Below, piece after piece: positions 63,817-64,000 of a stretch of 64,000 nt of DNA; position 1 is the stretch's first letter, and every line of letters begins with the position of its first letter. Location: NCBI RefSeq assembly GCF_006345805.1, contig NC_043007.1:5952001-6016000 (forward strand), read 5' to 3'. The translations under genes and the position numbers were made by a program. Below the pieces are notes generated by a model. That model ran no database searches. It was given only the letters and a program-made list of their open reading frames with translations, and was not told where the DNA came from. This DNA is from Octopus sinensis (taxonomy: Eukaryota).

Positions 63817-63818
<2 letters not shown>

Positions 63819-64000
63819 GAGGGTGGGCTGAAAAGTTCGTCTTCATATTACGGCAAAATCTGACATTGTTTCAGGCAGCTCCAGCTGGTTTCCTCGAACG
63901 TTCCCTAAGTCCGGATAAGTGTTGGGTTCATCGCTTTGAGCCAGAGACAACGCGACAATCCATGCAGTGGAAACACCCCCTCCTCACCTGCACCAGAAAA
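63817..64000 (+). mobile_element. Mariner-like element start, internally deleted; runs off the window
   Basis: TA-TGAGGGTGGGCTGAAAAGTTC TIR-like start; WVHRFEPETTRQSMQWKHP catalytic-region motif. Confidence 0.7.

Overview
AT-rich eukaryotic genomic DNA with no recognisable host protein-coding gene. It is dominated by microsatellites ((AAT)n, (TA)n, (TACA)n, (CA)n) and transposable elements. The repeat landscape most resembles an octopod cephalopod (Octopus-like); this is inference from recalled repeat families, not a search. Main content: (1) At least four families of Dong/R4-clade non-LTR retrotransposons (RT plus C-terminal PD..D..K restriction-like endonuclease). They sit strand-specifically in (AAT)n tracts as head-to-tail multi-family trains at 7.2-14.0 kb (+), 17.7-25.5 kb (+) and 37.2-40.4 kb (-). 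(2) A ~556-bp non-coding element ('X', 3 copies) in the same (AAT)n target with retroposition hallmarks; it is a candidate non-autonomous partner of Dong. (3) A near full-length RTE-BovB-type LINE at 27.0-30.9 kb (-), plus CR1/L2, HERO-like and CRE-like LINE fragments. (4) Tc1, mariner and hAT relics and tRNA-derived SINEs. (5) Several minimal type I hammerhead ribozyme motifs of the Penelope-associated kind. One is canonical (26325-26415) and is enclosed by ~85-bp inverted repeats. (6) A 2.4-kb inverted duplication (3.9-6.3 kb vs 41.8-44.1 kb) and a ~330-bp-arm fold-back at 55.8-56.5 kb. The 17.7-39.5 kb stretch has many homopolymer indels and degenerate microsatellites, typical of unpolished long-read consensus, so frameshifts there may not be real. 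Most ORFs in the supplied track are microsatellite read-throughs.
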